Source: a virus. From it: 12,227 nt of DNA. The translations under genes and the position numbers were made by a program. The DNA is taken from the IMG/VR virus record IMGVR_UViG_3300041809_000977. One strand, written 5' to 3'. Shown here piece after piece: positions 1 to 5,802 of the stretch; position 1 is the stretch's first letter; each line of letters opens with the position of its first letter. The notes under the pieces were generated by a model, which was not told where the DNA came from, ran no database searches, and was given only the letters and a program-made list of their open reading frames with translations.

Positions 1-27
1 GATAGCAGCGGGGTTGCTACTAAAGTC

Positions 28-456
28 ATGCCGGTAGACCTGACCCCTATCAACGGCAATCTGGAGTCCGTCCTCATCGACAGGCTCCAGATTGCCGTGA
101 TTGAAAGACTCCGCACCGATTATCCCATGGTCGCACAGAACATGCGGGTGGAGAAGTTCCCCTGTCCCTACGCTGATTACGTTAGCTATGCCTTCATTAG
201 CTATCTCGCGAATATCCATCGGGACGACAAGGAAACCATTACAGTATACGAGTATCCGGCAACCGCGTGGGACTTCATCAAAGAGAAGTACGCCCCGAAG
301 TGGTTTCTGAAACGTTGGCCGGTTCAGTATGAGCGCAAAGACGTTGTGGTGCATAGTGAGAAGAACTTCATGTGCCCTCACCTTCCCACGGAGCCCACCT
401 ATCCTCATGCTTTGTGGCTGATGATGAACCAAGACCGACCGAGTTGGTGGCAATAA
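28..456 (+). CDS. hypothetical protein, 142 aa; may be 5' partial
   Basis: ATG at 28 and TAA at 454-456. The reading frame stays open back to window position 1 (DSSGVATKV precedes the M), so the true start may lie upstream of the window. Only a weak SD. I recognise no domain. GC is intermediate. Confidence 0.55.
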   Translation: MPVDLTPINGNLESVLIDRLQIAVIERLRTDYPMVAQNMRVEKFPCPYADYVSYAFISYLANIHRDDKETITVYEYPATAWDFIKEKYAPKWFLKRWPVQYERKDVVVHSEKNFMCPHLPTEPTYPHALWLMMNQDRPSWWQ

Positions 457-497
457 GTTATTAGCTGTTCGTAATAAGTGAAAGTCTTTTGACTAAT

Positions 498-524
498 GCC
501 CTCTATTTTGGAGGGCATTTTGTT
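498..524 (+). terminator. Hairpin plus T-tract between the 28..456 ORF and HNH gene 1. Candidate intrinsic terminator whose 3' arm is also the SD of the next gene.
   Basis: GCCCTC (498-503), a 7-nt loop TATTTTG, then GAGGGC (511-516), followed by ATTTTGTT (517-524). It sits 42 nt after the stop of 28..456. The GGAGGG arm lies 9-11 nt upstream of ATG 525. Confidence 0.4.
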
Positions 525-1229
525 ATGCGTAAATTTTCTGAATCCCATCGTCGTGCTCTTAGTGAGAGCCACAGAGGTAACCCGAAATTAGGAGGGCATA
601 CGCTTACTTTGGATGATTGTAAGCTTGGCGGCATGGCGAACAAGAGTAATTTAGCCGGTCAAGTGTTTGGAAATTTGATGGTGTTGCGAGAAGGGCCTCG
701 TGCAGGTCGAGGACCAACCCCTCGACCTCACTGGTGGTGCTTATGTAAACTTTGCGGTACAGAAAAATCTATCTCGGCGGCTGCATTGAAATCAGGCGGG
801 GCGGTCAGTTGTGGGTGTAAGAAGACTCATGCTTATTGGGTAAAACAAGGGAAGATATGCTCAATCCACGGCACCCCTAAGGAATTACGAAAGAATGGGG
901 ACACGGAGAAATTCTATTGTGTGGCTTGTGGTCTTTGGAATCTAGCAAAAGCTAGAGCGAGAGTTTTTCAGCTTCCCTTCTCTATAAAGAAGGAAGACAT
1001 TGTGATACCTGTAGTTTGTCCTATATTGGGGTTGCCTTTAATAACAACCCCACCAAAATCGGATAACACCCCAACACTTGATAGGATAGTGCCATCATTG
1101 GGGTACACACCAGATAACATTCATGTAATTTCTTTCAGGGCTAATCGTTTGAAACAAGATGCCACAGCGTTAGAATTGGGAGCCATTTTAAGTTATGTCA
1201 AACAATACACCCCTTTGGATAATCATTGA
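525..1229 (+). CDS. HNH homing-type endonuclease with an N-terminal NUMOD3-like motif and a Cys-rich W-x-C-x-C-x-CG module
   Basis: The ORF track starts at TTG 489. I prefer ATG 525 (MRKFSESHRR...), which has GGAGGG 9 nt upstream.
- SESHRRALSESHRG matches the NUMOD3 pattern.
- PHWWCLCKLCGTEK...SGGAVSCGCKK is the Cys module typical of free-standing phage HNH endonucleases.
- The C-terminus CPILG...TLDRIVPSLGYTPDNIHVISFRANRLKQD fits the LDRI-x-P..GY..N..VIS..AN..K HNH core.
- GC is lower than the backbone. Confidence 0.8.
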   Translation: MRKFSESHRRALSESHRGNPKLGGHTLTLDDCKLGGMANKSNLAGQVFGNLMVLREGPRAGRGPTPRPHWWCLCKLCGTEKSISAAALKSGGAVSCGCKKTHAYWVKQGKICSIHGTPKELRKNGDTEKFYCVACGLWNLAKARARVFQLPFSIKKEDIVIPVVCPILGLPLITTPPKSDNTPTLDRIVPSLGYTPDNIHVISFRANRLKQDATALELGAILSYVKQYTPLDNH

Positions 1230-1749
1230 GGCGTCACACCTTTTTCGTTCCGGTGACAAGTTCCAAACACAGTTCTTTGTAGTTGACGTTGTGAACTACC
1301 TCAAGCGTAATTTTTACGATAACACTGACGATTTTCACACTGTAGTTTTGCACGGCTCCACCAAGGATGAACAGGCGGAACGGTACACGGCTGCTCTTGA
1401 ACGCTTCGATGTCACTGTTATTCGTATGCGCCCCATTGCGTCTATCGCCGGGGAGAACAGGGTCTATTACAAGCCCACGTGGTATTGTCATAAACTCATG
1501 GGTCATGAAATACCAAAAGGCTCTGATGTTATGTTGGTTGGATTTCATAATGAAAGATACCTTACTTTCCTTCAGAAATACCATAAGGATTTTGAGCTAT
1601 CGGTCGCGGCCTTTGAGACTCCATCAAAGAAACAAGGTATGATGAAAATTCCTGACTCATTTAAGCCTCTCCTTCGACACGCAATTGACTTGGATTCTCA
1701 CGTAGCAGAAATAAAAGCAGAGTTCCGTGGAAAACGCAGTATTAGGTAG
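1195..1749 (+). CDS. hypothetical protein, 184 aa (possibly a degenerate NYN/PIN-like fold; speculative)
   Basis: ATG 1195 with GGGAG 12 nt upstream. It overlaps the 3' end of the HNH gene by 35 nt and ends at TAG 1747-1749.
- Low GC.
- LWIIIEASHLF and DVMLVGFHNERYLTFLQKY loosely resemble NYN motifs (vfIDgeNl ... LvSGDsDF), but the acidic residues are replaced.
- The - strand ORFs 1234..1584 and 1657..1878 are read as antisense to this gene. Confidence 0.55.
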   Translation: MSNNTPLWIIIEASHLFRSGDKFQTQFFVVDVVNYLKRNFYDNTDDFHTVVLHGSTKDEQAERYTAALERFDVTVIRMRPIASIAGENRVYYKPTWYCHKLMGHEIPKGSDVMLVGFHNERYLTFLQKYHKDFELSVAAFETPSKKQGMMKIPDSFKPLLRHAIDLDSHVAEIKAEFRGKRSIR

Positions 1750-1750
1750 T

Positions 1751-1960
1751 ATGCGTTCTTCTACTACCAGCCGAACTAAAGATTTAACCGGCATGACCTT
1801 CGGGTACCTTACACTCATAGGTGTTGTGAGAACTGAGGGAAGTAACCGGGTGTGGGCGGCTAAATGTGTCTGCGGCAATGAAACTACAGTGACTACTACA
1901 AATGCTGTTAGGAAAAGAAAACAATACTGGGACAGCCAATGGTGCGACGGAAGGCGTTGA
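1751..1960 (+). pseudogene. Truncated HNH-endonuclease N-terminal module. A fragment with no nuclease domain.
   Basis: - ATG 1751 lies immediately after the stop of the previous gene.
- MTFGYLTLIGVVRTEGSNRVWAAKCVCGNETTV reproduces the G..FG.L.V....W..C.CG.E module of the two intact HNH genes.
- The ORF then ends at 1960 (...KQYWDSQWCDGRR*) without the SCGC or HNH parts.
- Its 3' end overlaps the convergent - strand ORF 1908..2231.
- Base composition switches at ~1950. Confidence 0.5.
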
Positions 1961-2231
1961 ACCGGCGTCTCAAGTAGCGAAGGTTGTCGATGTACAGTTG
2001 GCTCTCAAGTTCTCGCTCAGGGCGTTCCGCATAGGGCACATTGTAGGGCTCCAGATGCCCCTTGGCGGCGATGTAGGCGGTATCTATGACCCAAGAGAGG
2101 CTCCGCTGGAGCCCGTAGTCGCTGTGCTTGTCTGAGGGGATTCGGCAGTTCTTGAGAAGCGTCCCAACGATGTCATTGAACTTAATGACAGGGGGCAGTA
2201 GAGCGTCAGGTGCCTTGTTGGGAGGTCTCAT
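1908..2231 (-). CDS. hypothetical protein, 107 aa
   Basis: ATG at 2231..2229 forms an ATGA overlap with the stop (2230..2228) of the upstream Sel1-like gene. The track ORF 1908..2246 begins 5 codons earlier. High GC. The 3' end runs into the low-GC island, so the true C-terminus is uncertain. Confidence 0.45.
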   Translation of the reverse strand: MRPPNKAPDALLPPVIKFNDIVGTLLKNCRIPSDKHSDYGLQRSLSWVIDTAYIAAKGHLEPYNVPYAERPERELESQLYIDNLRYLRRRFNAFRRTIGCPSIVFFS

Positions 2232-2656
2232 GCTACCCGCTTCCACACCAGTTTGAGCATCGGCTTCGGCGGCTCAAGCTGATTGAGCGTCTGTCGAGCC
2301 CACTTGGCGCATTCGTCAGTCGCCCCTTTGTTCTTTGCGAGGTAGAGTTTCAGGTGGTGAATCGCGGCGTCTTTGTTAACATCCACGTTGCGGGAGTAGA
2401 GCGTGGCAAGCTGGTACGAGGCGTCCACGTTGCCCTGCATTGCCGCTGCCTCGTAGAAGTCAATGGCGTTGGGGTCTTTCAATTCCTCCATCGTCCGCCC
2501 GAGATTGAACAGAACAATCGGAGCGGACGGACGGAGACGAAAGGCTTGCCAGAACTTTCTCTGAGAGGCGAAGTATTCGCCTTGTGCGAAGAGGGTAGCC
2601 CCCTCATCAATGAGTGAAACGTAGACCTCTTCGGAATGCCGGTCGGCGGGGTTCAT
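2228..2656 (-). CDS. Sel1/TPR-like repeat protein, 142 aa
   Basis: The track start at 2689 is TTG. I prefer ATG 2656..2654 (MNPADRHSEEV...), which has GAGG 8 nt upstream. The repeats FYEAAAMQGNVDASYQLATLYSRN and DAAIHHLKLYLAKN resemble Sel1/TPR units. High GC. Confidence 0.55.
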   Translation of the reverse strand: MNPADRHSEEVYVSLIDEGATLFAQGEYFASQRKFWQAFRLRPSAPIVLFNLGRTMEELKDPNAIDFYEAAAMQGNVDASYQLATLYSRNVDVNKDAAIHHLKLYLAKNKGATDECAKWARQTLNQLEPPKPMLKLVWKRVA

Positions 2657-2690
2657 GTTAGTTGCCTCAAAATCACCACCAGTTATCAAA

Positions 2691-2727
2691 ATTGTGACTT
2701 TTCGACTCTAAGTAGGAGAGTCACAAT
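2691..2727 (+). promoter_or_regulatory. Perfect 9-bp inverted repeat ATTGTGACT-N19-AGTCACAAT spanning the SD and start codon of HNH gene 2. It lies in the divergent intergenic region.
   Basis: Left arm 2691-2699, right arm 2719-2727. The right arm includes the AT of ATG 2726. The 19-nt spacer contains AGGAGAG. The region lies between the divergently oriented Sel1-like gene (start 2656) and HNH gene 2 (start 2726). Confidence 0.4.
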
Positions 2728-3328
2728 GAAAAAACTTGTGGTAGAAGGAAGTCGTTATGGTACGTTACAGGTTAAAGCCCTTGCCCCAAAAGAACAATGG
2801 AAATACATAGACAAGGGTCACGCTGAGAGGTGTTGGGTATGCATTTGTGATTGTGGAGCAGAAGTCCTTGTACGGCGCTCCACCTTAGTCAACACCAAAA
2901 ACCCCAAATGTAACAACCCACACCCACCCAAATGCCTTAAATGTGGAGAAACCAATTCTGATAACTTCTACCCTCGCTCTGTTGGCGAGTGTAAAAAGTG
3001 TGCAATCGAACGAACCAACCTAGCCGCCTCTAAATTGAGTGGGTACCACCTATTCATACGTTACAAGATAACGTTAGAACAGTACGAGACCCTACTTAAA
3101 AAGCAAGGGGGCACATGTGCTTTATGCGGAGAGCCCCCTGATAACAACCCCTTGTCGGTAGACCATGACCACTCCTGCTGCCCCACTGACCGTTGTTGTG
3201 GGAAATGCATTAGAGGGTTGGTACATCGCCGCTGCAATACCCTCATAGGCATGGCTGATGACAGCGTTGATAAGCTAACTAGAGCAATAGCTTATTTGAA
3301 TCAACATCAGCATCAACAGGCACAGTAG
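2726..3328 (+). CDS. HNH endonuclease, endonuclease VII-like, with an N-terminal W-x-C-x-C-x-CG Cys module
   Basis: ATG 2726 with AGGAG 9 nt upstream. The track start 2636 is an upstream extension.
- RCWVCICDCGAEVLV is the same Cys module as in HNH 1.
- CALCGEPP...LSVDHDH...CGKCIRGLVHRRCNTLIG matches the T4 endonuclease VII signature (C..C...VDHDH...RGLLC..CN..G).
- Low GC.
- The 3' end overlaps the convergent gene 3279..3725 by 50 nt. Confidence 0.8.
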   Translation: MKKLVVEGSRYGTLQVKALAPKEQWKYIDKGHAERCWVCICDCGAEVLVRRSTLVNTKNPKCNNPHPPKCLKCGETNSDNFYPRSVGECKKCAIERTNLAASKLSGYHLFIRYKITLEQYETLLKKQGGTCALCGEPPDNNPLSVDHDHSCCPTDRCCGKCIRGLVHRRCNTLIGMADDSVDKLTRAIAYLNQHQHQQAQ

Positions 3329-3725
3329 AAACAAGAACGATTGCTCCATACGTACCCCATGTTTTGTGGTTTGGAAGAAAAGGCTTCCATGCCTCATCAA
3401 TAAGGCAGTTGGCGGGAGCCTCGGCGAACAGCGGAGCCACAACAGCGTCCGCCCATCCCGCCAGACCGCAGCCGATGCGGGTGACTTGGAACGTCTCCTG
3501 CGGGTTCATCTTCGCGTACAGGATGAAGGTGTAGATGTAGTAGCGAAGCTTGTCCGGGCTGATAGTGGAGTCGGGCTCGTTGGTGGGTTTGGCACAGGTC
3601 GGGATACCGAAGCTGTCGCCCTGCGGGCCGAAGCCTTGTCCATACCGTGCTCCGTGAGACATCGCGGCCTTGGCGGCTCCGCCGCCGTGACGACCCAATT
3701 CGTTGCTGCCGAATACGAAAATCAT
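3279..3725 (-). CDS. conserved phage-type protein with a Gly-rich N-terminal Rossmann-like motif, 148 aa; family not identified
   Basis: ATG 3725..3723 with AAAGGA ~9 nt upstream. The N-terminus is MIFVFGSNELGRHGGGAAKAA...GIPT, with ...TRIGCGLAGW later. I recall this FGSN..G.HG.GAA...IPT pattern from phage proteins but cannot name the family with confidence. Confidence 0.6.
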   Translation of the reverse strand: MIFVFGSNELGRHGGGAAKAAMSHGARYGQGFGPQGDSFGIPTCAKPTNEPDSTISPDKLRYYIYTFILYAKMNPQETFQVTRIGCGLAGWADAVVAPLFAEAPANCLIDEAWKPFLPNHKTWGTYGAIVLVSTVPVDADVDSNKLLL

Positions 3726-3758
3726 GGAAGTGTCCTTTCGTTGCGTGTTGAGGTTAAA

Positions 3759-3953
3759 CTAACTCTTCGTTGACGATTGCCGCCCACGACGCACCGAACT
3801 TCTTTGGGAAGGTGCCATTTCGGCGATTTTGGCTTTGACGGCGTTGATGCCGACGCCATCCATGCCTTTGAAGGTCTTGACCTTCTTGAGGGTAATCCGG
3901 CTTGCCAGTATTCCACGTTTTTCTCCTATGCCTACAGTATACCGGGGAGCCAC
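3759..3953 (-). CDS. hypothetical small basic protein (~64 aa); start uncertain
   Basis: Frame chosen by hand-counted codon-position GC over 3762-3909. The third positions of this frame are 64 % GC, against 48 % and 50 % for the other two position classes. GTG at 3953 or ATG at 3863. No clear SD. It competes with the 3722..3916 frame. Confidence 0.35.
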   Translation of the reverse strand: MAPRYTVGIGEKRGILASRITLKKVKTFKGMDGVGINAVKAKIAEMAPSQRSSVRRGRQSSTKS

Positions 3954-3970
3954 CTGTTTTGGCTAGTAAA

Positions 3971-4231
3971 TCAGGAAATTATTTTCGCGTTCCTCGTCTC
4001 CCGGTTGAACCCCACATGGCTGGCGGTCATGAAGGGCGGCTTGCAGCAAGGAGCCACAGTAAAGGCGCTCCCACAGTCGGTGCATTCCACGATTCGAGCC
4101 CCATTATCCTTCCGGGCGGTCGAGCCGCCATCCGGGCAGACTCCCCGGTTCAGCATGTCCAAGTCGGTCTCCGGTCCCCAGTGCAGGGGGGTTTCGAGGC
4201 GTTTGAATCGGCTAAAGAATCGTTTCAACAT
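3971..4231 (-). CDS. small Cys-rich protein (zinc-ribbon-like), 86 aa
   Basis: ATG 4231..4229 lies 12 nt after the stop of the upstream gene. It contains IVECTDCGSAFTVAPCCKPP. Codon-position GC in 4081-4140 modestly favours this frame (70 % against 60 % and 60 %). Confidence 0.5.
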   Translation of the reverse strand: MLKRFFSRFKRLETPLHWGPETDLDMLNRGVCPDGGSTARKDNGARIVECTDCGSAFTVAPCCKPPFMTASHVGFNRETRNAKIIS

Positions 4232-4243
4232 GCTTCAAGCATA

Positions 4244-4534
4244 CTACAGTTGGGTGGCTTCCATGTAAAGCGTGGAGCACTTCTGGCAAACATCCTTGTC
4301 CAGCAAGAACACAGCGGCACGGCTGACAGGGTACTGCCTGTCCCAATGAACTACATGTCCGCACATCGCCGGGGTGTCGGCCCCGCCGCTTGTCTTCTTC
4401 CCCTTCTCGGTCAGGATGCGGATGTGCCATGGGCTGGTCGAACCAGCAGCCACGTTCTCACAGAAGGCGTGAAGGGGCAATAGCGCGGTCGGTTGAGGCT
4501 TACTGCGAGAGAAGAGTTTCGTGAACCAGTTCAT
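4244..4534 (-). CDS. hypothetical protein, 96 aa
   Basis: ATG 4534..4532. Hand-counted GC by codon position over 4261-4500 gives 74 % at the third position of this frame, against 57.5 % and 49 %. This is strong periodicity, and it rejects the overlapping + ORF 3902..4483. Confidence 0.6.
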   Translation of the reverse strand: MNWFTKLFSRSKPQPTALLPLHAFCENVAAGSTSPWHIRILTEKGKKTSGGADTPAMCGHVVHWDRQYPVSRAAVFLLDKDVCQKCSTLYMEATQL

Positions 4535-4703
4535 GAGTGTTCTGCCCTTTCAAGTGGAGAATTTGGTCGTCAACAGCAAGAAGATAGCCGACCATCATTG
4601 CGTTCAAAATGAGGATACGGTCTTGAGGCGAGGGGAAGAGATAATTCTCCTCAACAAACTTACGTGCCCGTTCCGTGAGTCGAATTTGGTCACGGTCGCT
4701 CAC
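4500..4703 (-). CDS. hypothetical protein, ~67 aa
   Basis: GTG 4703..4701 forms a GTGA overlap with the stop of the upstream gene (4702..4700). The track start at 4724 is TTG. Over 4541-4700 the GC by coordinate class is 63 % (mod 3 = 2), 28 % (mod 3 = 1) and 55 % (mod 3 = 0). That fits a coding frame, but it does not choose between this - frame and the + frame 4521..4886. I chose the - frame on amino-acid composition (IRLTERARKFVEENYLFPSPQDRILILNAMMVGYLL) and operon polarity. Confidence 0.4.
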   Translation of the reverse strand: MSDRDQIRLTERARKFVEENYLFPSPQDRILILNAMMVGYLLAVDDQILHLKGQNTHELVHETLLSQ

Positions 4704-4951
4704 AGAATAGCCCCTGCAATCCAAGTGACCTTTCCACCCATCTTGGTGGATTCAATCATGCGGAACTCTCCATCCTCCGACCGCTGCCAGGGTTCGTTGA
4801 GGGCTTGGAAGAACTCCAGCCCCTCGAACTCGTACATCTGCAAGTCCTTCAACTTGCCGGAGTGGAACTGCTCTGCCGTGACATGAATGACATGGGTGAG
4901 TCGAGCGGCTTGGTAGAGAGAGGCAATCGTGCGGCGGCTGTGCTGAATCAT
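4700..4951 (-). CDS. hypothetical protein, 83 aa
   Basis: ATG 4951..4949 (MIQHSRRTIASLYQ...) with a TAATG junction to the upstream gene. The track ORF begins at TTG 5014, inside the upstream gene. Confidence 0.55.
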   Translation of the reverse strand: MIQHSRRTIASLYQAARLTHVIHVTAEQFHSGKLKDLQMYEFEGLEFFQALNEPWQRSEDGEFRMIESTKMGGKVTWIAGAIL

Positions 4952-5145
4952 TACTTCACCCCCAAAGTCATGTACCACATCACACCATACAGGAGAGCGA
5001 ACACCCCGATGCAAATCGAAACGTTCATCTTCCGCAGGAACCGGCGTTCTGCCGGGTCGTTAGTCAGGGTCGATGTGAACCCTGCTATCACAAGGATAGC
5101 GATAAGCCACGTGATGATGAACCCCACATTCTCGTGTAGTGTCAT
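4951..5145 (-). CDS. small membrane protein, 64 aa, two predicted TM helices
   Basis: ATG 5145..5143 with GAGGAG 5 nt upstream. The protein is MTLHENVGFIITWLIAILVIAGFTSTL...MNVSICIGVFALLYGVMWYMTLGVK. The upstream part of the track ORF (to 5319) is R/A/T-rich and looks non-coding. Confidence 0.6.
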   Translation of the reverse strand: MTLHENVGFIITWLIAILVIAGFTSTLTNDPAERRFLRKMNVSICIGVFALLYGVMWYMTLGVK

Positions 5146-5152
5146 AGTCTCC

Positions 5153-5545
5153 TCAATCCCAGTAAGGTACGCCAATGACGGAGGGAGTGCGACCGTTCGC
5201 ACGGTCGATGTACTCCCGGTAGTAGTCGCTGCTGGCGGGGATGCTCTCGCTCGTCCAGCCCTTGTCCTTGCCGAGGTCAGTCGCCAGCTTCTGATACGCT
5301 GCCTTGCGCTCCTCTTCATTCAGGCTTTTGTAGACAGCAGGAAGCAGGTCGATGGTAATCCAGCTCCACGCCGTGCCACGCCCTCCAGTGACGCTGTAAC
5401 GAAGCCCACGAGCCTTGAACGCGGCCTTAATCTTGGCAATGACTTCGTTCCGGTTGTCTGACGGTTCCCACGTCGTCGCGTTCATCCAGTTGCAGCCGGA
5501 GCAGCCCTCAACAACGGTTTTGTGCATGTCGCATGGTAGCTGCAT
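5153..5545 (-). CDS. hypothetical protein, 130 aa, Cys cluster at the N-terminus
   Basis: ATG 5545..5543 with AAGAGG ~9 nt upstream and a TAATG junction with the upstream gene. The N-terminus carries CDMHKTVVEGCSGCNW. Confidence 0.6.
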   Translation of the reverse strand: MQLPCDMHKTVVEGCSGCNWMNATTWEPSDNRNEVIAKIKAAFKARGLRYSVTGGRGTAWSWITIDLLPAVYKSLNEEERKAAYQKLATDLGKDKGWTSESIPASSDYYREYIDRANGRTPSVIGVPYWD

Positions 5546-5802
5546 TATCTTGCCTCTTTCACAGTGTACTCAGGGTTCAGCTTGACCGAAACATTATAGG
5601 TACCAAAGTCGGCACCATTGATGTCCAGCTTCACTTTCACTGGCTTGTATCCGGGGTGCGCGTGGTGATAGTGTTTAGCCGAATCCTCCGCCAGTTGCCA
5701 CGCAGCAGGGCAGATGTCAGACCAAGTAGCTTCAATCGAGTGAGCGAAGACTTTCCCCAAGTGGGTTGCAACTCTACTTGCTCTACTTGCTGTTGACGGC
5801 AT
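5545..5802 (-). CDS. hypothetical protein, 85 aa
   Basis: ATG 5802..5800 with GGGAGG 9 nt upstream. It contains an in-frame 9-bp tandem duplication (ASRASR). Confidence 0.6.
   Translation of the reverse strand: MPSTASRASRVATHLGKVFAHSIEATWSDICPAAWQLAEDSAKHYHHAHPGYKPVKVKLDINGADFGTYNVSVKLNPEYTVKEAR
5772..5789. repeat. Perfect 9-bp tandem duplication CTCTACTTG x2 inside the 5545..5802 gene
   Basis: The two copies lie at 5772-5780 and 5781-5789. The duplication is in frame and encodes ASR-ASR near the N-terminus. Confidence 0.8.

Noticed and set aside
1908-2000. Possible terminator between the convergent HNH fragment (+) and ORF 1908..2231 (-)
   Set aside because: I found only 4-bp GACG/CGTC complementarity with no U-tract. 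No convincing hairpin is present, and the convergent genes simply overlap.
3722-3916. The - strand ORF beginning GTG 3916, with AGGAG 8 nt upstream and an ATGA-type junction (stop 3722-3724, ATG 3725) to the next gene
   Set aside because: Despite good signals, its third-position GC is only 48 %, against 64 % for the alternative 3759..3953 frame. Its product is R/S/P-rich. I kept it as the less likely frame. The SD and GTG could still be real, so this call is tentative.
3777-5461. + strand ORFs 3777..4268, 3902..4483, 4521..4886 and 4805..5461
   Set aside because: Hand-counted codon-position GC periodicity supports the - strand frames where checked: 74 % third-position GC for 4244..4534 and 64 % for 3759..3953. 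Over 4541-4700 the periodicity was coding-like (28 % at one position class) but did not separate the - frame 4500..4724 from the + frame 4521..4886, so that choice rests on composition and polarity only. The products are low-complexity. The - strand alternatives give compact coupled genes.
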